64,000 bases of DNA, taken from the NCBI GenBank assembly GCA_035708065.1, contig DASSTC010000016.1:12773-76772 (forward strand), given 5' to 3'. This document shows positions 16,745 to 25,915 of this stretch, piece after piece (the first letter of the stretch is position 1; each line of letters opens with the position of its first letter). The notes under the pieces were generated by a model. It searched no databases. It was given only the letters and a program-made list of their open reading frames with translations, and was not told where the DNA came from. Position numbers and translations under genes: made by a program. Source of the stretch: Candidatus Limnocylindria bacterium. Lineage in GTDB: Bacteria; Chloroflexota; Limnocylindria; QHBO01.

Positions 16745-18220
16745 ATGACCGAAGTCGAGATGCTCATCAACGGCGAGTCCCGCCCAGGCGCCGATGGGCG
16801 CACCTTCACCACCTACGAGCCCGCCCGCGGAACCTCCCTGGCCGAGGTCGCACGCGCCACGACCGACGACGTCGCGGCCGCGGTTTCCGCAGCCCGCGCG
16901 GCGTTCGAGGGTCCGTGGGCGAAGACGTCCCCCGCCAAGCGCTCGCGCATGCTGGCCAAGCTGGCGCAGCTGATCGAGTCACAGGCCGATGCCATCGCCG
17001 AGCTCGAGTCGCGCAACAACGGGAAGCCCAAGTGGCAGTGCCTGCTCGAGGTGCGCCAGGCGGTCAGCGACCTCGACCTGTTCGCGGGCGCCGCGCAGCA
17101 CATCTACGGCCGATCGTTCGCGGTCAGCCCGTCGGTGCTGTCCTACACGTTGCGTGAGCCGGTCGGCGTGTGCGCGGCGATCATTCCGTGGAACTACCCG
17201 TTCATGATGGCCGCCTGGAAGGTTGCCCCGGCGCTGGCGGCAGGATGCACCGTCGTGCTGAAGCCGGCCTCCGCGACGCCGATGACCGCGCTCGAGCTCG
17301 GGCGCCTGGCGCTCGAGGCCGGCATCCCGCCGGGCGTCGTCAACGTGGTCACCGGACCGGGCGCCGAGGTGGGGGAGGCGCTCGCCTCGCATCCGGGCGT
17401 CGAAAAGATCGCCTTCACCGGCGAGACCGGCACGGGCCGGCGGATTGCCGCGATCGCCGCCGACGGCCTGAAGCGCGTCTCGCTCGAGCTCGGCGGCAAG
17501 TCGCCGAACCTCGTCTTCGCCGACGCCAATCTCGACGCGGCGGTCCTCGGCTCGCTGTGGGCGATCTATTACTCGGGCGGCCAGTCGTGCGAGGCGCGCT
17601 CGCGGATCCTGGTCGAGGAGTCGCTGCACGACGCCTTCGTGGACGCGTTCGCCGAGAAGGCGCGCGCCCTGCGCATCGGTGACCCGCTGGCCGACGACAC
17701 GCAGGTCGGCTCGATGATCTCGCGCTCCCACGCCGAGAAGGTGCTGGGCTTCGTCAACGCCGCCGTCGAGGACGGCGCGCAGCTGGTGACCGGCGGCGCG
17801 GCGGATGGCGAGCTGGGCGAGGGGCTGGATGCATCGGCCTACGTGCGTCCGACGGTGATCGACTGCGTCGAGAACGACAGCCGCATCGGTCAGGAAGAGG
17901 TGTTCGGGCCGGTCGTCACGGTCACGACGTTCGCCGACGAGGCCGAGGCGGTGAAGCTCGCCAACGACGTGCGCTTCGGGCTGGCGGCGACGGTATGGAC
18001 CGGCGATTCGGCGCGTGGCCTGCGCGTGGCCGCGCGCGTCCGGGCCGGCACGGTCGGGGTGAACCAGCCGTTCGCGGCGTTCCCCGGCGTGCCGTTCGGC
18101 GGCTTCAAGGAGTCCGGCTACGGCCGCGAGATGAGCGTCGATGCGCTCGACCTGTACACCGAGCAGAAGGCGGTGCTGGTCAGCACCTCGCCGAAGCCGA
18201 TGAACCCGTTCGGGATGTAG
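16745..18220 (+). CDS. Aldehyde dehydrogenase family protein
   Basis: 491 aa. Has WNYPF, the ELGGKSP catalytic Glu motif, GQSCEA (catalytic Cys) and EEVFGPV. Confidence 0.93.
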   Translation: MTEVEMLINGESRPGADGRTFTTYEPARGTSLAEVARATTDDVAAAVSAARAAFEGPWAKTSPAKRSRMLAKLAQLIESQADAIAELESRNNGKPKWQCLLEVRQAVSDLDLFAGAAQHIYGRSFAVSPSVLSYTLREPVGVCAAIIPWNYPFMMAAWKVAPALAAGCTVVLKPASATPMTALELGRLALEAGIPPGVVNVVTGPGAEVGEALASHPGVEKIAFTGETGTGRRIAAIAADGLKRVSLELGGKSPNLVFADANLDAAVLGSLWAIYYSGGQSCEARSRILVEESLHDAFVDAFAEKARALRIGDPLADDTQVGSMISRSHAEKVLGFVNAAVEDGAQLVTGGAADGELGEGLDASAYVRPTVIDCVENDSRIGQEEVFGPVVTVTTFADEAEAVKLANDVRFGLAATVWTGDSARGLRVAARVRAGTVGVNQPFAAFPGVPFGGFKESGYGREMSVDALDLYTEQKAVLVSTSPKPMNPFGM

Positions 18221-18223
18221 CCG

Positions 18224-18811
18224 ATGGGCAGTGAGCTCCTGCGCTCCTTTCCGGAGTCGTTCGAGACCGAGCGCCTGCTCGTCCGCGCGGCGTCGCCCGA
18301 CGACGCGGAGCAGGCGAACGCGGCGGTCAACGAGTCGCGCGCCGAGCTGGTGCCCTGGATCTCGTGGGCCGACAAGGAGCTCGACCTCGATGCCGTGCGC
18401 GAGAGCCTGATCCGGGCGCGTGCCCGCTTCCTGCTGCGCGAGGATCTGCGCTTTCACCTGTTCCTGCGCGACGACCCAGCCACGTTCGTCGGGTCGATCG
18501 GGCTGCATCGGATGGACTGGAGAGTGCCGCGCCTGGAGATCGGCTACTGGCTGCGGACGAGCTACAGCGGACAGGGGTACGCGACCGAGGCGGTGCGGGG
18601 CATCACCGACTTCGCGTTCCGCGAGCTCGGCGCGGAGCGGCTCGAGATCTGGTGCGACGCGCGGAACGAGCGCAGCGCGGCGGTCGCTCGGCGCGCGGGA
18701 TTCAACCAGGAGGCGCTGCTACGGAACTACGACCGCGACACAGCGGGCGAGCTCGCGGATGCGCTGTGGTTCGGCCTGGTGCGCTCGGACTGGGAGGCAG
18801 GGCCCAAGTAG
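18224..18811 (+). CDS. GNAT family N-acetyltransferase (RimJ-like)
   Basis: 195 aa, starting 3 nt after the ALDH stop. SGQGYATEAVRGITDFAF...N.RSAAVARRAGF motif. Confidence 0.85.
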   Translation: MGSELLRSFPESFETERLLVRAASPDDAEQANAAVNESRAELVPWISWADKELDLDAVRESLIRARARFLLREDLRFHLFLRDDPATFVGSIGLHRMDWRVPRLEIGYWLRTSYSGQGYATEAVRGITDFAFRELGAERLEIWCDARNERSAAVARRAGFNQEALLRNYDRDTAGELADALWFGLVRSDWEAGPK

Positions 18812-18867
18812 CGCCGAGATCCGCTCGGTTGCAGCGGACCTCGGCACGCCGTACCGTGGCGAGCAGG

Positions 18868-19797
18868 ATGACCGACTCCCTCGCGGCGTGGTACGGACGA
18901 TTCCCCGAAGGCTGGTGGGGATACCACTGGACCGCGCCGCGGCCGATGTCGGCGGTCGAGATCGTCCAGTCCGGCAGCCTCGACGCGCGCCTGATGGCAA
19001 CCCTCTGGGCCGTCGTGTCCAGGCGCAAGAGCGTGATGCTCGCCTCGGAGGCGCCGATGGCCGGCAAGACGACCACCCTCTCGGCGCTCGTCGACTTCCT
19101 GCCGCCCGGCACCACCGGCGTCTTCCTGCGCGGCTGGGGCCAGGACGACAGCTGGGTCGACGAGATCGGTCCAGATGCTGCCTACATGCTCATCAACGAG
19201 ATGAGCGATCACCTGCCGATCTACGTCTGGGGTCGCAACGCGCGCGGCGCGCTGATCCTCGCCGGCAAGGGCTACGGCCTCGGTGCGACCATGCACGCCG
19301 ACTCGCTCGGCGAGGCGCTGGCCGCCCTGCGTTCCGACCTTGGTGCGACCGATGCGGACCTCGCCGGCCTGACGGTCTACCTCCAGTTCAGCGCCTATCG
19401 CACGCCGGCCGGGATGTATCGGCGCTGCGAGGAGGCCTGGCACCTCCGCCTCGACCAGTCCGGCTGCCTGGCGCCGGTGCAGCTCGCCGCGATGGAGGGC
19501 GATCGTTCACCGATCCTGACCGGTGCGCAACGGCTTCCGGCTCCACCAACGCTGGCCACCGATGCGGGCCGCCGGCATCGGCCGTTCGTGCATGACGCCG
19601 CCGCCTACGCGATCCTCGCACGCAACCTTGGGCTCGAGGCCGATGCGTTCGAGGCAGAGCTCCTGCATCGGTCTGGCTACCTGACCAGTCTGGGCGAGCG
19701 CGGCATCTGCGATCCTGTCTCCGTCGCCTACGCCCTCGCCGATTATGCAACCGATCCGTCCGCACCGCCCGATCCGTCCGAAGGAGCCGCGTCATGA
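18868..19797 (+). CDS. Divergent secretion-ATPase-like (VirB11/PilT/CpaF-type) P-loop protein lacking the usual N-terminal domain
   Basis: 309 aa from ATG 18868. Walker-A-like SEAPMAGKTTTLSAL, Walker-B/Glu-like YMLINEMSD, and His-box-like GLGATMHADS. The stop overlaps the next gene's ATG (ATGA). Confidence 0.6.
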   Translation: MTDSLAAWYGRFPEGWWGYHWTAPRPMSAVEIVQSGSLDARLMATLWAVVSRRKSVMLASEAPMAGKTTTLSALVDFLPPGTTGVFLRGWGQDDSWVDEIGPDAAYMLINEMSDHLPIYVWGRNARGALILAGKGYGLGATMHADSLGEALAALRSDLGATDADLAGLTVYLQFSAYRTPAGMYRRCEEAWHLRLDQSGCLAPVQLAAMEGDRSPILTGAQRLPAPPTLATDAGRRHRPFVHDAAAYAILARNLGLEADAFEAELLHRSGYLTSLGERGICDPVSVAYALADYATDPSAPPDPSEGAAS

Positions 19798-21206
19798 CCC
19801 ACCCGAGCATCGCCACCCTCGCCGAGCTGCGGGAGTCGGGCTATCGCTCGCGATCGGTGAAAGAGGAGATGCGCGGCAACCTCGTCGAGCGGCTGCGCGC
19901 CGAGGAGCCGCTGCTGCCCGGCATCCTGGGCTACGACGAGACGGTGCTGCCGCAGATCGAGAACGCGATCCTGGCGGGACAGGACATCATCCTGCTCGGC
20001 GAACGCGGCCAGGCGAAGTCGCGCATCGCCCGCTCACTGGTGGGACTGCTCGACGAGTGGATCCCGTTCGTCGCCGGTGCCGAGCTGCACGACGACCCGC
20101 TGGCGCCGATCTCGCCGTACGCTCGTGCCGTCGTGGCCGAGTCGGGCGATGCGACGCCGATCGAGTGGCTGCACCGCGACGACCGCTACGGCGAGAAGCT
20201 CGCCACCCCGGACATCTCGATCGCCGACCTCATCGGCGAGGTGGATCCGGTGAAGGTGGCGGAAGGCCGCTACCTGTCCGACGAGCTGACGATCCACTAC
20301 GGCCTGCTGCCGCGGACGCATCGGGGCATCTTCGTGCTCAACGAGCTGCCTGACCTGGCCGAGCGGATCCAGGTCGGCCTGCTCAACGTGATGGAGGAGC
20401 GCGACGTCCAGATCCGCGGCTACCGGGTGCGGCTGAACCTGGACCTCTTTGTCGTGGCCTCGGCCAACCCAGAGGACTACACCTCGCGCGGCCGGATCAT
20501 CACGCCGCTCAAGGACCGATTCGGTGCGCAGATCCGGACGCACTACCCGGAAGAGGCCGAGACGGAGATCGCGATCATGGAGGCCGAGCGGATGCGCTTC
20601 GCCGATCCGGTCTCGTCCGCCGTGCCGGTGCACTCGCCGGCATTCATGCAGGAGATCGTGGCCGAGCTGTCGCAGCTGGCCCGGCGGTCGTCGGAGGTGT
20701 CGCAGCGCTCCGGCGTGTCGGTGCGGGTCACCATCGCCAACGAGGAGACGCTGCTGGCCGCCGCGCTGAAGCGGGCGGTGCGCCTCGACGAGTCGACGGC
20801 GGCGCCGCGCGTGTCGGATCTGCCGGCGGTGGTCGCCTCGACCGCGGGCAAGATCGAGCTCGAGACGCTCGGCGACGAGTCGCGCGAGGACCGGGTCGTC
20901 GACAAGCTCGTCCAGCGCGCCGTGGTGAACGTCTTCAACCGGCACTACGCGCTTTCAGAGCTGGTGCCTCTGCTCGAGCGCTTCGAGTCCGGCGTGGAGG
21001 CCGAGGTCGGGGAGACGGCCCCGTCGGCCGCGCACGAGCTGCTCGTCGAGCAGATCCCCGAGCTGCGGCGCGCGGTGAGCCGCCTGGACGTGGGCGAGTC
21101 GCAGGCGGGGCTGGCGTCTGCGGTCGAGTTCGTGCTCGAGGGTCTGCATCTCAACCGGCGGCTCAACAAGGAGCGGCGCGCCGGCGGCGTGCGCTACGCA
21201 CGCTAG
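19794..21206 (+). CDS. ChlI/BchI-like AAA+ ATPase (often annotated Mg-chelatase-like or sigma54-interacting)
   Basis: 470 aa with AAGGAG SD 8 nt upstream. Variant Walker A LLGERGQAKS, Walker B IFVLNELPDL, and VQIRGYRVRLNLDLFVVASANPEDY. Confidence 0.85.
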   Translation: MTHPSIATLAELRESGYRSRSVKEEMRGNLVERLRAEEPLLPGILGYDETVLPQIENAILAGQDIILLGERGQAKSRIARSLVGLLDEWIPFVAGAELHDDPLAPISPYARAVVAESGDATPIEWLHRDDRYGEKLATPDISIADLIGEVDPVKVAEGRYLSDELTIHYGLLPRTHRGIFVLNELPDLAERIQVGLLNVMEERDVQIRGYRVRLNLDLFVVASANPEDYTSRGRIITPLKDRFGAQIRTHYPEEAETEIAIMEAERMRFADPVSSAVPVHSPAFMQEIVAELSQLARRSSEVSQRSGVSVRVTIANEETLLAAALKRAVRLDESTAAPRVSDLPAVVASTAGKIELETLGDESREDRVVDKLVQRAVVNVFNRHYALSELVPLLERFESGVEAEVGETAPSAAHELLVEQIPELRRAVSRLDVGESQAGLASAVEFVLEGLHLNRRLNKERRAGGVRYAR

Positions 21207-21224
21207 GCCGGTTCGCGGGCTGGC

Positions 21225-21680
21225 ATGCGGGGGACGACGCGGCCTGATCCCTTTCCCACGGCGCGCTTCGCTGCGCTCGTCGGCCGCTTCCCGCACTACG
21301 CGCGGCTCGCCTGGCGGCTGGGACGCGACGACCGGCTGAGCGGCGGCCGCCGTGCCGCGGTCCTCGCTGCGGCCGCGTACCTCGCGTCGCCGATCGACCT
21401 GGTGCCCGGCATCATCCCGTTCGCCGGACAGCTCGACGATGCCGCGGTCGCCCTCATCGGTCTGCGCTTCGCCTTGCGCGGGCTCGCCCCCGGAGACCGT
21501 GCCGTGCTGCTTGCCGACGTGGGTCTGTCCACGCACCACCTCGACGAGGATTTGGCGACGGTTCGTACGGGCGCAGGCTGGCTGCTGCGCCGCGGCGGTC
21601 GCCTCGGCGCGTCGCTGCTGCGCGGTGCCGGGCGGGCGGTCGCCGCTGGCGTCCGGCGCGCATCGGACCTGCGGCGGTAG
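21225..21680 (+). CDS. DUF1232 (YkvA-like) membrane protein
   Basis: 151 aa. The YLASPIDLVPGIIPFAGQLDDAAV motif is characteristic of DUF1232. Confidence 0.75.
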   Translation: MRGTTRPDPFPTARFAALVGRFPHYARLAWRLGRDDRLSGGRRAAVLAAAAYLASPIDLVPGIIPFAGQLDDAAVALIGLRFALRGLAPGDRAVLLADVGLSTHHLDEDLATVRTGAGWLLRRGGRLGASLLRGAGRAVAAGVRRASDLRR

Positions 21681-21824
21681 GGCGCTGGCGCCCCGCCATG
21701 CGATCGGTCTGGACTAATTCAAATCACGAACGCCCTAGGCGAGCCGAGCGCCTCTCGTCGCGCGCAACTTCAATCAGGACTGGCTTACGACGGTCGCCGC
21801 GGCCGCCGAAGCACGACCGCACGT

Positions 21825-22568
21825 TCATCTCGCCTGCGAAACGCGGACGCGCTGCTGTCCTGCCCGCCTTAGCCCCGTCTGATTTGAGTTGGGCAGCGAC
21901 ACGAATGACAACAGCCCGTCGACCGGATGGGGATGCTGCACCCATGCCTCGACGGCGCGGCCGCGCACCGAGTAGCCGGCGAACAGCGCTTCGTGCTCCG
22001 CAACACGGCGTCGGACCGTTCGGCCTTCGAGGAAGATGAGCGCGCCGACGACCCACTTCGCCCGCCAGCCCCGCTCCGCCGCAACGCGCGGCCCGAGGCG
22101 CACCTTGGCGTCAAGTAGCCCGAGCGTCTCCTGGGTATCCCACAGGCCCGTCTTGCACTCGCTGACCTCGAGGATTCCGCTTTCCGGATGAAACGCGAGC
22201 TGATCAATTCGGCCTCGCTCGCCGTAAATGCTGTAGCTCGCCTCGTTCCAGACTTGCCAACCGGCGCCGTGGTGACGCCTCGCCCACTCGCTTTCCAGCC
22301 GCGCATGGTCGCCATCCAACAATCGGTCGAGGTCGCCGCGGCCGTGCCATCGCACGTCGAGCGATGCCGAGGCATCCAGGACGCGAAGCACCGCGCGAAC
22401 GGTGGCCAGCGTGTACCGCTCGGCGCGCCCGCGCTCGATCTCCGAGATGGCGCCGGTGCTGACATTCGCACGCGCTGCAAGATCGACCTGGCGCCAGCCG
22501 CGGCGCTGGCGAAGGACGAGGACTGAACGACCGATGCGTGCGTCATCCACACGCCGACCATCGCACAC
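21825..22568 (-). CDS. XRE-family HTH protein fused to a PD-(D/E)xK nuclease-like C-terminal domain
   Basis: 247 aa. N-terminal HTH is LRQRRGWRQVDLAARANVSTGAISEIERG. C-terminal ...GRIDQLAF-(9)-LEVSECK fits D...ExK. GC is visibly lower than in the neighbouring genes. Confidence 0.75.
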   Translation of the reverse strand: MCDGRRVDDARIGRSVLVLRQRRGWRQVDLAARANVSTGAISEIERGRAERYTLATVRAVLRVLDASASLDVRWHGRGDLDRLLDGDHARLESEWARRHHGAGWQVWNEASYSIYGERGRIDQLAFHPESGILEVSECKTGLWDTQETLGLLDAKVRLGPRVAAERGWRAKWVVGALIFLEGRTVRRRVAEHEALFAGYSVRGRAVEAWVQHPHPVDGLLSFVSLPNSNQTGLRRAGQQRVRVSQAR

Positions 22569-22657
22569 CGGTCGTTACCAGGCGATTACCGCCGGGTTTT
22601 ACCGGCAACGGCGCCGATGGACGCCGGGGCATCGGTCTGGCACTGTAGCGAGGCACC

Positions 22658-24691
22658 ATGGCGCTGTACCGATACTCCCGCTGGGACGGCACGCAGAACC
22701 TGCCGCCGTTCGACGCCGACGACGTGCTCGAGGCGCTGGGCGAGGACGTCCTGGCCGAGGGCGACATTCGGCGGGCGCTGCAGCGACTGATGCAACGCGG
22801 GATGCAGGGGCGGCGCGGCGGCGACGTGCCGGGGCTGCGCCAGATCATGGACCGGCTGCGGCAGCGGCGGCGGGAGGAGCTCGAGCAGAGCAACCTCGGC
22901 GGCGTGCTCGACGACATCAAGGAGCGGCTGGAGAAGATCGTCGAGGCGGAGCGCGCGGGGATCGAGCAACGCGTCAACGACGCCGAGAACCGGGCGCTCG
23001 ATGCGCCGCCGGGAGCGGATCAAGACCAGGCCCGCATGGCCGAGCAGGTCCTGCGCCGAACGGCCCAGCAGCGAACGGACCGGCTGGACTCACTGCCGCG
23101 CGACGTCGCCGGGCAGATGCACGGCCTGCGCGACTACGAGTTCATGGATCCCGACGCGCGCGATGCTTTCCAACTGCTCTCCGACGAGCTCCGACAGCAG
23201 ATGCTGGAGACGTACTTCCAGGGGCTGAAGGAAGGCGTGCAGGGCGTGACGCCCGAGCAGCTCGCCGGCGTGCGCGACATGGTCAAGGACCTCAACGAGC
23301 TGCTCGAGAAGCACGCGGCCGGCTCTGACACGCCGGACGACTTCGCGCAGTTCATGGCCAAGCACGGCCATTACTTCCCGCCGGGCATCGAGAACGTCGA
23401 CCAGCTCATCGACCACATGCATCGGCAGGCCAGCCAGATGGCAAGCCTGCTGAACAGCATGAGCCCCGAGATGCGCGCGGAGCTGCAGCAGATGATGGAC
23501 GACCTGCTGCGCGACGACCGGCTGCGCTGGGACATGGCCCGCCTGGCGGGCAACCTCCAGGCGCTGCGCCCGGATCTCAACTTCGGTGAGCCGTATCCCT
23601 TCTCGGGTGACGAGCCGATGGGCCTGCCGCAGGCGATGGCCGCCATCGACCGGCAGCAGCGCTTCGACGAGATGGAGGAGGCCCTCGGCGCGGCACGCGA
23701 CCCGGACGGCCTGGAGCGGATCGACGAGGAGCTGCTGGGTGACCTTGCCGGCGACGACAGCGCCGAGGACCTGGAGCAGCTCCGCGAGCTGACCCGCGCG
23801 CTCGAGGAGGCAGGCTACCTGGAGCGCGACGGCGGCCGGCTGGAGCTGACCCCGAGGGCCGCCCGCAAACTGGGCATGCGCGCGCTGACGGAGATCTTCT
23901 CCAAGCTGCGGCGCGACTCGTTCGGCGGGCACACGCTTCCCCGCTCTGGCTTCGGCGGCGAACGGACCGATGAGACCAAGCCGCTGGAGTTCGGCGACCC
24001 GTTCGCCATCGACCTGAACCGGACGCTGTTCAACGCGATGGCCCGCGAAGGGCCGGGCACACCGATGCGCATCTCACCCGACGACTTCGAGGTGCATCGC
24101 TCCGAAGAGACGACGGTCAGCTCGACCGTCCTGCTGCTGGACATGAGCCGATCCATGCTGCTGCGTGGCTGCTCGACCGCCGCGAAACGGGTGGCCATGG
24201 CGCTCCACACGCTCATTCACACGAAGTACCCGCGGGATCGGCTGTTCGTGGTCGGCTTCGCGTACTACGCGCGCCAGATCAAGCCCGAGGCGATCGCCAC
24301 GCTGAGCCCGTACGAGTTCGAGTACGGCACCAACCTGCAGCACGCGCTGATCATTGCTCGCCAGCTGCTCGGCCGGCGGCACGGCGGCAACAAGGAGATC
24401 GTGGTCATCACCGACGGCGAGCCGACCGCGCACATCGCCAACGGCCAGGTCGAGTTCGCCTACCCGCCGACCATCCGCACCATGCAGTCGACGCTGCGGG
24501 AAGTCGGTCGGGCGACGAAGGAAGGCATCGTCATCAACACCTTCATGTTGGAACGCTCGCGCTATCTCTCCGAGTTCGTCGACCTGATGAGCCGCATCAA
24601 TCGCGGCCGCGCGTTCTACGTCGAGCCGGAGAACCTGGGCGAGTACGTGCTGGTCGACTACGTTTCGAAGAAGACCAAACGCGTCGCGTAG
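22658..24691 (+). CDS. VWA domain protein (partner of the ChlI-like AAA+), long helical acidic N-terminal region
   Basis: 677 aa. N-terminus is MALYRYSRWDGTQ. The C-terminal VWA has a complete MIDAS (LLLDMSRSM ... GTNLQ ... VITDGEPT). Confidence 0.88.
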   Translation: MALYRYSRWDGTQNLPPFDADDVLEALGEDVLAEGDIRRALQRLMQRGMQGRRGGDVPGLRQIMDRLRQRRREELEQSNLGGVLDDIKERLEKIVEAERAGIEQRVNDAENRALDAPPGADQDQARMAEQVLRRTAQQRTDRLDSLPRDVAGQMHGLRDYEFMDPDARDAFQLLSDELRQQMLETYFQGLKEGVQGVTPEQLAGVRDMVKDLNELLEKHAAGSDTPDDFAQFMAKHGHYFPPGIENVDQLIDHMHRQASQMASLLNSMSPEMRAELQQMMDDLLRDDRLRWDMARLAGNLQALRPDLNFGEPYPFSGDEPMGLPQAMAAIDRQQRFDEMEEALGAARDPDGLERIDEELLGDLAGDDSAEDLEQLRELTRALEEAGYLERDGGRLELTPRAARKLGMRALTEIFSKLRRDSFGGHTLPRSGFGGERTDETKPLEFGDPFAIDLNRTLFNAMAREGPGTPMRISPDDFEVHRSEETTVSSTVLLLDMSRSMLLRGCSTAAKRVAMALHTLIHTKYPRDRLFVVGFAYYARQIKPEAIATLSPYEFEYGTNLQHALIIARQLLGRRHGGNKEIVVITDGEPTAHIANGQVEFAYPPTIRTMQSTLREVGRATKEGIVINTFMLERSRYLSEFVDLMSRINRGRAFYVEPENLGEYVLVDYVSKKTKRVA

Positions 24692-24718
24692 TTACCGCGG
24701 GCTGCTACCGTCCGCGCC

Positions 24719-25630
24719 ATGCCCGAATGGGATCCCGAGGTCGTGGTCTCCGAGCGCCTCGCTCGCCAGCTTCTCGAGGCGCAGTTCCCGGAGCTGACCG
24801 TCGCCGGCCTGCGGCTCCTCGCCGAGGGCTGGGACAACACCGTGTGGCTGGTCAACGACGACCTCGTGTTCCGCTTTCCGCGCCGGGCGATCGCCATTCC
24901 GGGCGTCGAACGCGAGATCACGATCTTGCCGGCGCTGGCTCCTCGACTGCCCGCGGCGATCCCGACTCCGCTGCTCATCGGCCGACCGACCGATGCGTTC
25001 GCCTGGCCGTTCTTCGGCGCCCGCCTGGTTCCCGGACGCGAGCTGGCTGACGCCGACCTGACCGATGCCGCCCGCCTGCTGCTGGCACCCGAGCTGGGGC
25101 GCTTCCTGCGTGTGCTCCACGCGCCGGAGCTGCTCGACGCCTTCGGCGAACAGCTGCCGGTCGACCCGAACCGCCGCGCCGACATGACGTTCCGCGTGCC
25201 GATGACCCGCGAGCGCCTCGCCGAGCTCGACCGCCGCGGGCTGTGGCAGCCGCGCCCCGTCCCGTGGTTCGCCGAGGCCGAGTCGCTGCCCGCCTCCTCG
25301 CGCAGCGCCGTGACCCACGGGGATCTTCACCTCCGGCACGTGCTCGTCCACGACGACGGCTCGCTGGGCGGCGTCATCGACTGGGGCGATCTCGGTCGCA
25401 GCGACCCGGCGATCGACCTACCGCTGTACTGGAGCGCGCTGCCGCCGGCTGCGCGCCCGGCGTTCGTCGAGGCGTACGGAGCGTTGGACCATGCCGCGCT
25501 CCTTCGCGCCCGAGTCTTGGCCGTCTTCCTGAGCGGAACGTTGGCGCTCTACGCGGACGCCGAGGACCTGCCCGCGCTGAAACGCGAGGCGTCGCAGAGC
25601 CTGGAGCGAGCGATCGTCGATTCGGATTGA
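24719..25630 (+). CDS. Aminoglycoside-phosphotransferase-like (APH/ChoK family) kinase
   Basis: 303 aa. AEGWDNTVW, and HGDLHLRHVLV...GVIDWGDLG (catalytic loop plus DxG/IDW motif). Confidence 0.88.
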   Translation: MPEWDPEVVVSERLARQLLEAQFPELTVAGLRLLAEGWDNTVWLVNDDLVFRFPRRAIAIPGVEREITILPALAPRLPAAIPTPLLIGRPTDAFAWPFFGARLVPGRELADADLTDAARLLLAPELGRFLRVLHAPELLDAFGEQLPVDPNRRADMTFRVPMTRERLAELDRRGLWQPRPVPWFAEAESLPASSRSAVTHGDLHLRHVLVHDDGSLGGVIDWGDLGRSDPAIDLPLYWSALPPAARPAFVEAYGALDHAALLRARVLAVFLSGTLALYADAEDLPALKREASQSLERAIVDSD

Positions 25631-25915
25631 CAAATTCCCATCGGGGCGGGGCTAGGCATCGTCGCCCGGCGTGTCGGATTGATGGGCTGCCGGCAGTGAG
25701 CGTGGAATGGACCGCGAGCCGATTCGCTCGGTGGCCTGAGCGTGCCTAACTCCGGCCTGGCAGGAATGTGTCACGAATTGTGCTGCACTTCTGCCGTACT
25801 CCGCGCTGGCCGGAATCTGTCGCCAACCCGGCCGCGCCGAGACTTGCGCGAGGAACTCGAGCACCAGGCGGTTGAACGATGAATCCCGACTCTGCCGTCG
25901 CGTCATCATGGGCCG

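Noticed and set aside
21716-21890. Inverted repeat AATTCAAATCA / TGATTTGAGTT as possible terminal inverted repeats of a mobile element
   Set aside because: Only 10 of 11 positions match, and the right copy lies inside the HTH-nuclease coding sequence (LPNSNQT). The pair does not flank the gene, and there is no transposase or target duplication.
25631-25915. 285-nt intergenic region with a GGCAGGA...TCTGCC hairpin (25759-25795) and a TTGACA overlapping the APH stop; inspected for a riboswitch, ncRNA or promoter
   Set aside because: There is only a 7-bp imperfect stem and no matching -10 at proper spacing. I recognise no conserved riboswitch core, so the support is insufficient without Rfam or covariation analysis.
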